This document shows positions 28,955 through 41,000 of a stretch of DNA of 64,000 bases, in pieces. The position numbers and the translations under genes were made by a program. The notes under the pieces are model-generated. The model had not been told where the DNA came from, did no database searches, and was given only the letters and a program-made list of their open reading frames with translations. Each line of letters begins with the position of its first letter. Position 1 is the stretch's first letter. Source of the DNA: Rotaria socialis (taxonomy: Eukaryota); the NCBI GenBank assembly GCA_905331295.1, contig CAJNYD010000418.1, positions 1-64,000 on the forward strand, read 5' to 3'.

Positions 28955-29451
28955 ATGTATTTACCCAAATTGTTAATTTATTTTGTCTTTATTCAAATAA
29001 AAATAGTATAGAATGAAAAAAAAATGAATTTTTTCTCTTGATTCAATTCAGACCAGTTATGAATAGTATTGTCTAGTCACTAAGATGTCATTATTAGAAA
29101 AAATGCTTACTTAAAATCCTGTTATTGTCATATAAAAAATGTAAATAATAACACTATAAATCTGATAAATATTTTTCCATCTCGTATTAGTACTGTGTAA
29201 ATCTACTTTTTTTTATTATAAAATCAGAAGCTTCTATAAAATAATAGTTCTACTACGTACCATTATGATTCTAGCGTATTATGGATTTAATCAAAAGAGT
29301 CTGTATTATTACTATATGCATCTCGAGATACTGCTTATTTATACTAATTTTTAATCGAAACCTGGATGAAATTGTTGAACATCGTAAACAAAACTTTTTT
29401 TCAAATATTGACTCGGCATGACTTGTGGATATTATGCAGGTCTTTCGGTTA

Positions 29452-29823
29452 GTAATCTGCGTGACCAATCCATCGTGACCAAAGAAATAAAAGATTATTC
29501 AATAACAGTTTTTTTATGGTGGCTGTGGAAAAATAATTCTAATTGATATTTTGTGTTCAGAATTTTAAGCTCTTCAAAATGATACAAGAAAATTTCGACA
29601 CATTCGTCGTGATCAATTTTGATCACGACTGGTCACGAAGCTTTCTGGTCACGACGAGTATTCCTCAGTTTTCTCCGCTGCAGGTGAACGTATCCTCAAT
29701 CTTTTGTATCATTTTGAAGAACTTAAAATTCCGAACACAAGGCATCAATCAGAATTATTTTTCTACAACCACCATAGAAACTGTTATTGAATAATGTTTT
29801 ATTTCTTTGGCCACCCAGATCAC
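29452..29823. mobile_element. Foldback/MITE with long imperfect inverted arms, TA-flanked
   Basis: The arm at about 29475-29588 is the near reverse complement of about 29702-29814. Termini are GTAATCTGCGTGACCA and TGGCCACCCAGATCAC, flanked by TA at 29450-29451 and 29824-29825. GTGA(C/T)CA motifs repeat internally. Confidence 0.75.
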
Positions 29824-30421
29824 TACTTTTGGTATACTCTAATCGTCAAATAGAAAATTCAAATCTACTAACATGAATAAATGACATTAAAGATATGGCT
29901 TTGTCATATTCATCTATTCATATCGAAACGGCGAAAAGATTTGAAACTCTCATAATAAACTACGCTGTTTATCGACTATCTTCGTGAAAAGTGAAAGTTA
30001 ATCTTTGCAAATTAATCTCTTCAATATTCTTGAAGAAGATAATAATTCTCATTTAAACGATAAATTAAAATTACAAGCAAGTTTTTTTAAAACTATGGAT
30101 TAGATTTAATAGGAAGTACATTGCTCGATATTAAAGAAGAATCAACCACTCAGAAGGAAATTTTGTTGTTAAGCATGTAATTGCATACGATAGGATGTCT
30201 GACATTGTTACTTCATCTTATCTCTTTTTTTGAATTGTAATACATAATCATTATTGAATTGTGTAGTCCATATCTTAGCGTATGTTCTCATTCTCTATTC
30301 TCTTCCAATACTATATACTTTAATAATATATCATCCACGTGTTTTATATGTATCATAACATTCTTTTTCTCTAGCCATTATTATATTTCGCACTTATACG
30401 TAAATTAGACGTGAAATAGAA

Positions 30422-33400
30422 ATGCCAAAAAACGATACCCATTTTTGTGCGAAATGGTTTCATAAACTTGATGATACAAAACATCCATGTTCACGTTGGC
30501 TTAAACAAGGAAAAACTCCGTGTACATTTTTATGCATTGTTTGTAATGAAGAAAAAAGTTGTAAAAATGGTGGTTGGTCTGATGTTTATAAACATTCTCA
30601 ACGACCAAAACATCTTCAACGTCTTAAAGATATTATTGAATCTGGTCAATTAATTATCACAACAACATCATCATCTCTTGGAGTAAACACAAGTCACGAA
30701 CGTGTGTTAACATTGGATGAAAAAGTTACACGAGCCGAAACTTATTGGGCAATGGCAACAGCTAAACTTGGTCTTAGTTATAATTCTTCACAATATATTC
30801 AAGAATTATTTTGTCAAATGTTTCCTGATAGTATTGTTGCGAAAGAATTTTCCATGAAACCAAGAAAATTATCTTATATATTATCACACGGCACAGGTCG
30901 TTATTTTGCTCAAGTTATGTTAAATGACTTAATGAAAGCACCTGGATTTACACTAATATTTGATGAGACAATAGTTGTTGGCGTAAGAAAACAATTAGAC
31001 TTACATTTTCGTTATTGGTGCGAAAGAAAACAAGAAATCGTCGTACGATATTATAAAAGTATTTTTCTTGGTCATGCTACAGCTGAAATACTTTTTCGAA
31101 ATATGATTGATGCATTAAGAGCAGATGGCGTTGATATAACGAAAATGTTAATGTTGGGTATTTTCTAAAATATTTCATTTATTTGAAGCATCATTGCTAT
31201 CTATTTTTCTAATTTTCAACTAGGTAGAGATAATCCTAATGTGAATAAAGCAGTTGAATGTATGATGGATAAAGCAATACGTCTTGAGAGAGAAAAACAG
31301 TGAGTTATGATAAGAACTTTTAATATTTTACATGTTTTCATTGCACTATTTTACGACTGAAAATGATCGGATGTTCACAACAGTTTGATGAATGACGATA
31401 TCAAGTAAAAAGATATGTAGAGTTTATCGAGCTAAAAGACATATTTTTGAATCAAATAGAGCATTTTGCAGCTTTATTTTGTTATGTAATACCATAAATT
31501 TCTGATAAATAAAAGAGGACACTTATCATTATTGCTTGATGTTAAGTTTTAAAAACAGTGACTTTATTATGAACCTCATATTGGATTTGAATGATCAAAT
31601 ACTAAAATAGCGAGGAGACTCAGTACAATCTAATTTGGTTTAATATCACTTCTACATCATATTTGCATTATAGTTTTTCTCTGTTCATTGACAGGCATAG
31701 AAAAAAAATCTCTCATCTTTAATTAGTAGTTATATTAGTTATTGACATATGAGACAGTCAATATTTTAAACATGATACATTTTAACTATATCATCCGATT
31801 ACTTGTACAGAGATATAGATTATTCATTCATATTGTAAATAAACGTATTTGTAGAGTTGTATCGGATCAGAATTGCTAACAACTGACACTAATATCAGTT
31901 TGATTTCGTCTAGCTGAATTAAACACATACATCAATTTTTAACTCGACTAGAATAATGCATAGATCACTGCATCAGTGATTAATAGTTATTTCATTTCTC
32001 TGGGAATCTCAAAGTTAATGATTGTGTAGTAAAATTTCTATATCGATCATTTTATTTCACATAATCTAGCTAGTTTCTTAATCGTATACGATAGTAGAGT
32101 GCTTATGATTACGCTATTATTAAAAGACCTTCGTTAAAACTTATGAAAAAATACGAGTAAAATATGTTAAATTAGGTTAAAATTCATCGTCTAGTTCGAC
32201 TACTTTTTATTTTGTAAATTGAAGTGTATATTCAATAGTTATATATATATATATTACTCGATACGTGAAAAAAAGAATTTTTTCTGATTGAAGAAAATTC
32301 AATAAGACAATAATTTCTCAATAATTATTTATGTAATTACATATATATAATCTGGGCGGCGATTCGACCTATATTTCCTCTATTTCCTCTATTCTCAAAA
32401 ACGTCCTATTTTTGTCCTATATTTTAATGAAAATTCCTATTTTTCCTATATTTTATCGAAGAAAGTAGAAAATTTCCAAAAACCTCTTAATTTTGCTATT
32501 GCCTTTAGACAAAAAAAAACTTTTAATGTGTATAATCATGTGTTTTGGACAAATTCTTGTATTATAGTGACATTTATTTTAATAGTATTTTTCCTTTCGC
32601 CTATTTAGTGGGCTGATTGAGAAATTGTTTAATACTAAGTACAAAATACAAAATAGCTCAAAGAAAAAAACATTCACAAAATGATCATGTACTAGTTTCG
32701 GGTTTTTAGTGAGGTTTTAGTTAGATATAAAAGCTGTATATATATATACCCCTGGAAAAAATAAGTTTCGCTCTGTATTTTGAAGATACTGTTACCAAAA
32801 GAACATCTTTTTTTAAAAGGAACGACATCTTCTGAAAGCTCGTGAAATTTTACACCATCCTGTGTATATGCATTTTCATTTACACTTATTTATTACCAGA
32901 AAAAATTGATTTATGATAAAATACAAAATAAACTTGTGGAAAATAATAAGCAATAAATGCTGATTATCAGGACAATAAAATTAGGTTGAAATTTTTTGGG
33001 AAGTCATGTCCGTAATCTGAAACCTCTCCTTTAATTTATGAGAATAGTATTTGTCTTTTTCATGTATTTGTTTTTTCAAAGCTTATGATCTACTTTACTG
33101 TTATTTATCGATTTGTGAAAAACTTTTATAATGATAATGATCCTCGAATTAGCGACTTATTTCCGCAGAAAAAATTACATAAGGATCTTGACTACAGTCG
33201 AACTGTTTATAACAGCTTCATTAAAACGATTTTCGAGCAGGACAGTTAAAAAACAGCAAAACAATTCAACAGAAACTATGTATAAAACATCCTATATTTT
33301 TGTCATTTTTTATCGAAAATCCTATATTTTTGACAACCTTGATCCTCTAAGGATTCCTATATTTTTAAACAAGTGCAATCGGAGGCCAGATATATAATTT

Positions 33401-35555
33401 TTTCTAATTTTTTTCAATGGTAAGATCGTCATCAACAATAAAATTAAATATTGGTTTGATTCATATTGGTTCATGTCCATTACATTTAATCCATAATTCA
33501 TTTAAAAGAGGCATTGATAATACAGATTGGTCAATTGAAGGGTTTCTTGATCATTTAGATTCTTGGTTTAGTCGTTCGCCTTCACGTCGTGCAGATTATC
33601 TAAAAATAGCTAAAAATATATCAAATGGTACTGGTAAATTTATTCGTCGTTTCATAATAGCACGATGGCTTGATGCTGGACCAATAATTGAACGTATTAT
33701 AGAACAATGGACAAATCTTAATGAATATTTTCTTAGATTTATTCCATCAAGTCGTAAGATTTCACCGAATAATCATCGTTATATACAAATAAGAACAATG
33801 CTTGAAACCAAGTCGACATTAAGTCATTTAAATTTTCTTCTTTTTCTTTACCATAATATATATGAACAAATCTTATTATGGTTTCAACAAAGTCAACCTT
33901 TAATACATTTATTATACGATGAATGTGAACAATTGATACGACGCTTATTTTCATGTTTTATAAATGAAGATCTAATTAAAAATAAATCATTCAGTGAAAT
34001 TATGAATATTTCATTTCATAATCAAGTCAATCAAAAATGTGATATTAGTAAGATTGTTTAAATCATTTTTACAACATAAAAGTTTCTTCTACGTAAATGT
34101 GAAGAAGAAGAAGAAGAAGAAGAAGAATAGCTACTTAGATTATTATTTTTTATATTTTTCATTATAGTAGAATAGCAAAGTTTGCAGAAACTTTATTTCA
34201 CCTTGAGTATCTAAGTTAAAAAGTACCTTAAAGGTTACTATATTTTTTTTTGTTCTATAGGGATTGTTTGCTGACAGATATCTTTGTAAGCTAATATCTC
34301 AAAATCCTACTGAAATATTATTAATTTGATCTCTGCAGGATTCAAATCTCAAAATGAAATGCGTCTCTCTTGAAAGTGAGATATATTATCATTTGATTCT
34401 CGTTTTTTTTTATCCTATTATATTGAGATATACGTACCAGAATAAACATGCTTAGAGACAGAATTTTGAAAGTTTTCAGCAAATAGAAAATTCGAAAACC
34501 ATTCTTATCGCCAATGAATATGTAGTAACTAATTTCCATTATGTAAGAAAGAAAAATAATTAAATCAAAATATTTTCTTTTTTTTAGGTTTAGAAATAGG
34601 TGAAGCAACTCGTCGTACTTTAATTAATGTATCTGATGAAGAAAGTAAAATTTTTTTTTTGGATATTCGAAATTTTTATTCGCTGATAACTAAAGAACTG
34701 CTACGAACATTACCATTAAATAATGATTTACTTCGGCATTTCCAATGTTTACATCCAACAATGCGTCATTCAGAAGCATCTCATATTAGTATTATGAATA
34801 TTGCTCGAAGTTTTCCACAAATGAATGTGCCAGATGATATTGATCGTATTACAGCTGAATGGTATATTTATCAAAATGAACAAATACCAAATGAATGGTT
34901 TGAGAAAATGAATAAATATCATGCAATTGACTATTATTGGAAACATGTTTTTACACTTAAAACAAATACTGGTACAGATAAATTTATTGCTTTACCGAAA
35001 TTACTTAAATGTGTATTTGCATTATCGCATGGCAATGCTGATGTTGAAAGAGGATTTAGTGAAAACGCTTTTCTATTAACAGATGATCGTTCACTTCTAA
35101 GTGATGCATCAATCAATGGTTTACGTTCCACTAGAGATGGCGTAAAATTTTTTGGGAATGGCAAACCACACGAAGTACAAATTACGAAAGCTCTTATCGA
35201 TAGTGTTCGTGATGCTCATTCACGTTATTGTATTGATTTAGAAAAACGACAAGGCGAAGTATTAGCAAAAGCAAATTTAGAAAAAGAACAAATCGAAAAA
35301 GACATTGCTAATGAGAAAAAAAAAGATTTATATGATGAACAAAACTCTCTACATAAAAGTTTGACAAATATACAACAAATGATTGATGAAGGTACTGAAC
35401 GTTTAGCAAAAGCGGTGTCATCAAAACATTTCGAAGAAATTGAAACCGCATTATTACTTATTGAAGGTGGCAGTAAAAAATTAGCTACAACTAATACACA
35501 CATTATTTATAACACTAATCAAATAAATCAACTAAGAAAAAAACAAAAGACATAA
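30422..35555 (+). CDS. Spliced hAT-superfamily-like DDE transposase (800 aa, 4 exons)
   Basis: Exons 30422-31157, 31224-31299, 33425-34047 and 34588-35555 join in frame (2403 nt). It has a BED-like finger CIVC..HSQRPKH, first Asp in TLIFDET, second Asp in GRDNPNVN, CPLH (CxxH), ARWL, Glu in LSHGNADVERGFS and a C-terminal coiled coil. Confidence 0.82.
32352..33389. mobile_element. Non-autonomous TIR element (1038 bp) with 9-bp TSD, inside transposase intron 2
   Basis: Imperfect TIRs CTGGGCGGCGATT / AATCGGAGGCCAG (10/13). Identical flanks ATATATAAT at 32343-32351 and 33390-33398. CCTAT(A/T)TTT subterminal repeats cluster at both ends. Confidence 0.7.
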
Positions 35556-38031
35556 AAAGTTGTTGCATGACTAAAACCATATGTTTGATTTTTTTCTAGT
35601 TACTTATAGCTTTCTATTTTATGAATAAACAGAAACAGATTTAGATAAAAGAACGCGAAATTATTTACTCATGTATGCTACACACAAAGATGTTTCATTC
35701 GTTTGGTTTTCAATATTACTATATAATTAAAGTGTAAACGCGAATCTCGAGTTAAATAATGTGATGAATAATTGTAAGTTTCCCGATGTGTATTAACGCC
35801 TGGAATGTAACGAGTTAGCTTTTACGCTTAGAATCATTATTGTTTTCGGGTTCTTACGGATCGATCGAATTGTGCAAGTCCTCTTTTTAATACATAATTC
35901 TATAGAATGAGCAGATAAATGAAATTTAATACTATAAAAAAATCTAATATCCTATTAGAAAAATCCACGAGAAGCACTATTGTGGATGAATTCTTAGTTT
36001 TTCTTGATGGTTTTTCTGTTCTGGCAGATCAATCGAGTTCATTTCTTAAAACGTCATCGTATATATGAAAGGTTAAGTTTAAGATAATTTTCTTAGTATT
36101 TGTCGATGACATGTATCAAGTTCAATTAATTTCGAGCAATCATCCATTAACATGCATAATTCTTGGTTCTATTTAATTCATAGCGATTCGCTTCAATACC
36201 ATTTCGGAACACTTGTCGACGTATCAATATATAGTTTAAGTTGATCTACGCCAATATAGATATCCTCATAGAAAAAATGGAAGCATTATAGCTGTCGATT
36301 ATGATTCATTTTGTATTGCTTTCCTGTCTAGATCAGAATTGAAAGATATTTTGAAAACGTTGTAGAAAATTTCAATAATGCTTTTCTAATTTTTATAGAT
36401 AAGTTTCAGGGAATGATACTTTCACGCAAGCAGGTTTTGTTGCCCTCATTGCTCATAAAGAATACTTCATTTTGAATAGTATCATTGACACTTTTTAAAT
36501 TAAATTTATATGACCAGGTATTTTATATGAATACAATTTTTCGCTGAGTTTCCAATGATGCAAGGATTCATCTTATGATTAGATTCATTATCAGATACAT
36601 CTACAGTGATACTGTTATCCAGTTTGTCATAGTACTCTATTATAAAAAAATCCTTAATTCTCTTATTTTTCCTTTGATATTTTCTCCTTTTGTCTAATGT
36701 GTCTGTCTGTCATAATAAAATTACACTTCTGTTTCTTATCATATTTATTAAATTTTTGTATCTCTGTCTATTCTTGTTTTTTTTTCGTTAGCAGAACAAT
36801 CAAAATGAAGGCATCGTATTCATATAAAGACCAAAGTGGTGTTTGCTACTTTATTTAACGAAACTATTTCGAGGGTAGAGTTTTGCAGCAGATCATTCAA
36901 ACGCGGTTCAATGCTAGCTAAAATAATCAACAAAAGCTCAATGCAATTATAAAAAAATACCAGATCATATATCAATATGAGCAAAATTAAAGGTATCCAT
37001 AATAAGTAGTAAAATCTGTGATTTAAAAATACTTTTTTATCTACGAAGTAAACATTAATTGTAAGTAATTACTATCTAGCATCATCCTTATATAGTGTCG
37101 AATGAACTTAGAATTGATTTAAATTAACAATCATAATTATGTCAAGGAAAAGCTTTTCCAAAGTTATGAGATTTATATAACAATAAATATAAAGATTCAC
37201 GTACAAAAGCTAACTCTTGAAAACTACAGAGTATTAAATAGATATACTCGATACGAGTAAAAATCATTAAATGAAGACATAATGGTCAGTTTACATCGTT
37301 ATATAATCAATGCAATCATCGGAATACACACGAAACCTATGAATAGAAAAGAAAACGAAGTGAATTTTTCTACTTAACCACTGTCTTAATCGAGTATTAG
37401 TAAATTTTATTTATGTCTTCAAATTTTTGAACAATCTAGATGCATTACTAAAATGACTATTTAAGTAACTTGTTAATCGACCTTAGAAAAAAGCTAGTGA
37501 GCCATTAATACTGATATTCAACATTGTTAAGGTGACTTATCCGATAGAGTAAAAAAATAATTATATGTAAATGGATTTATTGAATACATAGTGATGAATA
37601 TTTTACAATTTTCCTATGGAATATCTGTAACGTGTCAGAGCCACAATATTTAGTAGAACCTTTCATATTTGAATAGCTTTCAGTAAGCTAATAGTTTGTG
37701 TCTTATGCTTTATTACAAAATCTTCTTTAGTAAATTTTTTTTTCATTTCTTTTCTTGTATGCTTTCACACTACGCTTTGACGAAATACAAGATAGCAATA
37801 TATCAATCCATGAAACAAATGATTCAAAAAAAAAGAGAAAAGAAAAGAGGAAAAAACAGAATGCATGACCATTGAATCTTATTACAATAGAAAAACAACC
37901 AAACGTAGACGAACAACGTTGTTTAAACGACAAGAACAACAAGCAAAATAAGACGACATAGAATAATAAATACAAAAATATATGCATAGCAAAAGAATGT
38001 ATATGTCTGTCGTTTGAAAACAATGATTTAA

Positions 38032-41000
38032 TTATGATGTTCGAAAAGCTTCAGGTGGAATCAAATTCTAAATTAAAAACAAAGAAAATACAATTATTAA
38101 TTAAAGAGAAAAAACACAATGAGAAGAAAAACAAACCATTTTTTGGCAATCTTGAAATTTTTGTGCAGCTTTATTATAATTCCAATCATTTTCAACTAAA
38201 CAACTAAAATCCCAGTGATAAGAAAAAATAAACTATTTGTTGAAAAATTCAAAATAAAAACTAACAGTCTTGAATATTCGATATTCATGCCAGATTCTTG
38301 TGAAAATTTTTGTATCATTTGTGCTTGTATATCTATGCTTGGGCCAGCTTGGCTTTCCATTATTGTTGGTGGTGGTGCTGTTGTTGTTGTCGGTATTGTT
38401 CCGTTAGTTGGTGGTGTAGAACGAGTCATGCTCTAAACATAAGAAAATGAATTATTTTTGTCATTAAAATAAAAATAGTCAGTGCATACCATCACTTGAT
38501 TATCAGTTGCATTAATAATCATGATATGATCAGCAACAATCAATACACTAAATCATTAAAAAAAACTCTTTGTAAAAAGATAAACAAAAAGCAAACTATG
38601 CAATTTACCCTGAAGATGTTTGTGAACAGGTAAATGTACGTTGAAAACTACGAACAGGTCCATTAACTCCTTGATCAACTATATTTTAAAAGTTTCGATA
38701 TTTTAATCATGAATGAAAAAATTTTAAATCAAGCCTACTTTCTCTATAGAGACCATTAACAGAAAAGATTGCACGACTATTCTAAAGAATATATACAGCG
38801 TACAAGTAACAAAAAATCATTCATTGTACAAAAGAAAACTTACAGCTGTTGAGAAAACATCAACATGAAATGATTTTCCGTCATGTTTTGTTAATGGAAA
38901 TCTAACTCTTAAAAAATCTAATACATCCGCTTTGCCATGCCGTAATAAAGCAGTACGTTTGTTATCATCGAAAATTTTCTTTAAATTTCGTGAATCATAA
39001 ATTAGTGCACCATATTTATAAGATTTTGTTTGAACAATTGAACCTTCAGTTGGTGCAATACATAATGAAAACATACATGTATCATGATAGCAGGCATGTA
39101 ATTCGCCACGACCACGTGTATCAAATAAACGATAATATTCATCAATGAATTTTGCTAAAAATGCTTGCATTTCTTGTGGTACACAATGGGGTACCGTTGG
39201 TGGTAAATGGATTGCTTCATTATCAACGCCAAACCCAATTTTCGTCGGAAGTTCAATATCATCCTGAAAAATAAAATTTCAATCTATTAGCTACTTACTA
39301 ATAAAAACGCAACGACACACGTACCACTCGTTTAAGTTGTGGAAGCTTTTGTTGAATGGTGCTAGAATGGTATTAGATGGGCCCGATGATGAATATTTGT
39401 TGCACAGTGCAACTGCAAAAATAGACACACAAACAGCAGCACACAAAAGAGTCATGCTCGCCTTTTTCTTTCTATGATTTGCTTGGCGATTCAAATCCAT
39501 GATTTAAATCGAACGTTTTATATATACGTATATTTTTTTTCATTTTCTCAATCATTCATATATATATTCATCCGTTAGTTAAGCAATTTCTGATATGTTC
39601 TATATAGTTTTCTCGTCGAAATCGTGATCTCACAAGCATACATAACATAACTCTCATCACAATTACAACAAAAATAAAAAGAAGATAAACAGTATGATCT
39701 TCGCCGTTGCTATTTAACAAAGTTCATTTAATGAATAAAAACATTTAAATTCATAATGATTTAATATCGGATGTCTAATCTTTATGGTAGGATCGATAAA
39801 TTCATATCAACAAAATGACATTTATCAATTGATTTATATTACATTGAAAAACAACAGAAAACCAAATCACCAGAATCTGTCCCTTGTTTTTTTTCTAATT
39901 AAATTAATTTTTAGACATCCAGTTTCGAATTAATTGTTAAGCCCATTTAATAAATTAACCAATTATTTCTTTTTTTATTGTTGTTGTTTGATTACGTGAG
40001 AAGAATAAGATTTTTCGACGTACAAAAAAAAGTATGATTTAATTTTCAATCAAGCAAATTTGAATACAATTTCATTTTTCACTCTCTCTTGATTCTGATT
40101 TTTCGACGTACAACACACTCACACTTTTAATGAGAACACGATTGCGATGAGAATTCTATTTTATCGGAATCGAACCGATTAAGTTTGCTTTTTTCTTTGC
40201 TTTCATTTGGATGAAAAATCGAATGATTAGTGAGAAAAAATAATTTCTCTAAGTAGACAAAACGTTCGATTTAAGAACATGTTTCATATTTGTCTCTGTC
40301 TGTTGTAAGTGTCCATGAAGAAGAAGAAAAAAACTTTAGTAGATCTGACCTGATAAATTCGTCGCGAGACAGATTCCGCCTGTTGTTTGTTGATATTAAT
40401 GGATTGTCTTTGAGAAATAGATGATTCAGATGAGTTAATTGTTTAAGATGACTAAGTTCTTCGAAAGATTTCAACTAAAAATGATTCAACATATATATTG
40501 AACAATTTTAAATGAGTTATTAAGTAAATTTACTTGATTTGAAGCAAGACTAAGTTGTTCAAGATGAATCAAATTAAGTTTACGAAATTCGTATAAATTC
40601 GATATATTATTTGAACCCAAATCTAATTGACGAGTCTGAAAAGCAAAATGATATATTTAACAATTTGTAATTCTTAAAGGCATCTTCACTTCATGAAAAC
40701 AAGCAAAGTGTTCAATATCACGAGGCTATCGAAATATTTCAGCGTTTACTTTATAGATCATCAACACAGTGCCATAAAAACGTGTTCATAACAATCTTCG
40801 CTTAGCCCTTTACGGCCAGCTGTTGCCAAATGGCAACATACAGCCATTCAACATATAAGTACCCTTCAATTTTAAGAAATAGGCTTTTGCTATTTCTATG
40901 GCATGATAAAAAAATATATGCAGAAGAAAAATTTTAACTATGTCGCTTCTGAGAGCCGGCTGGAAAGAGTTAAGTATTGAAACACATAGTTATAAATAAG

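Noticed and set aside
34934..35503. Antisense ORFs over the transposase, and similar shadow ORFs over CDK1, galectins, COLGALT and TMEM242
   Set aside because: These are opposite-strand or off-frame shadows of real exons.
36000..36600. Coding-like minus-strand fragments downstream of the transposase (similar patches near 46540-46900)
   Set aside because: Many stops and no family that I can recognise.
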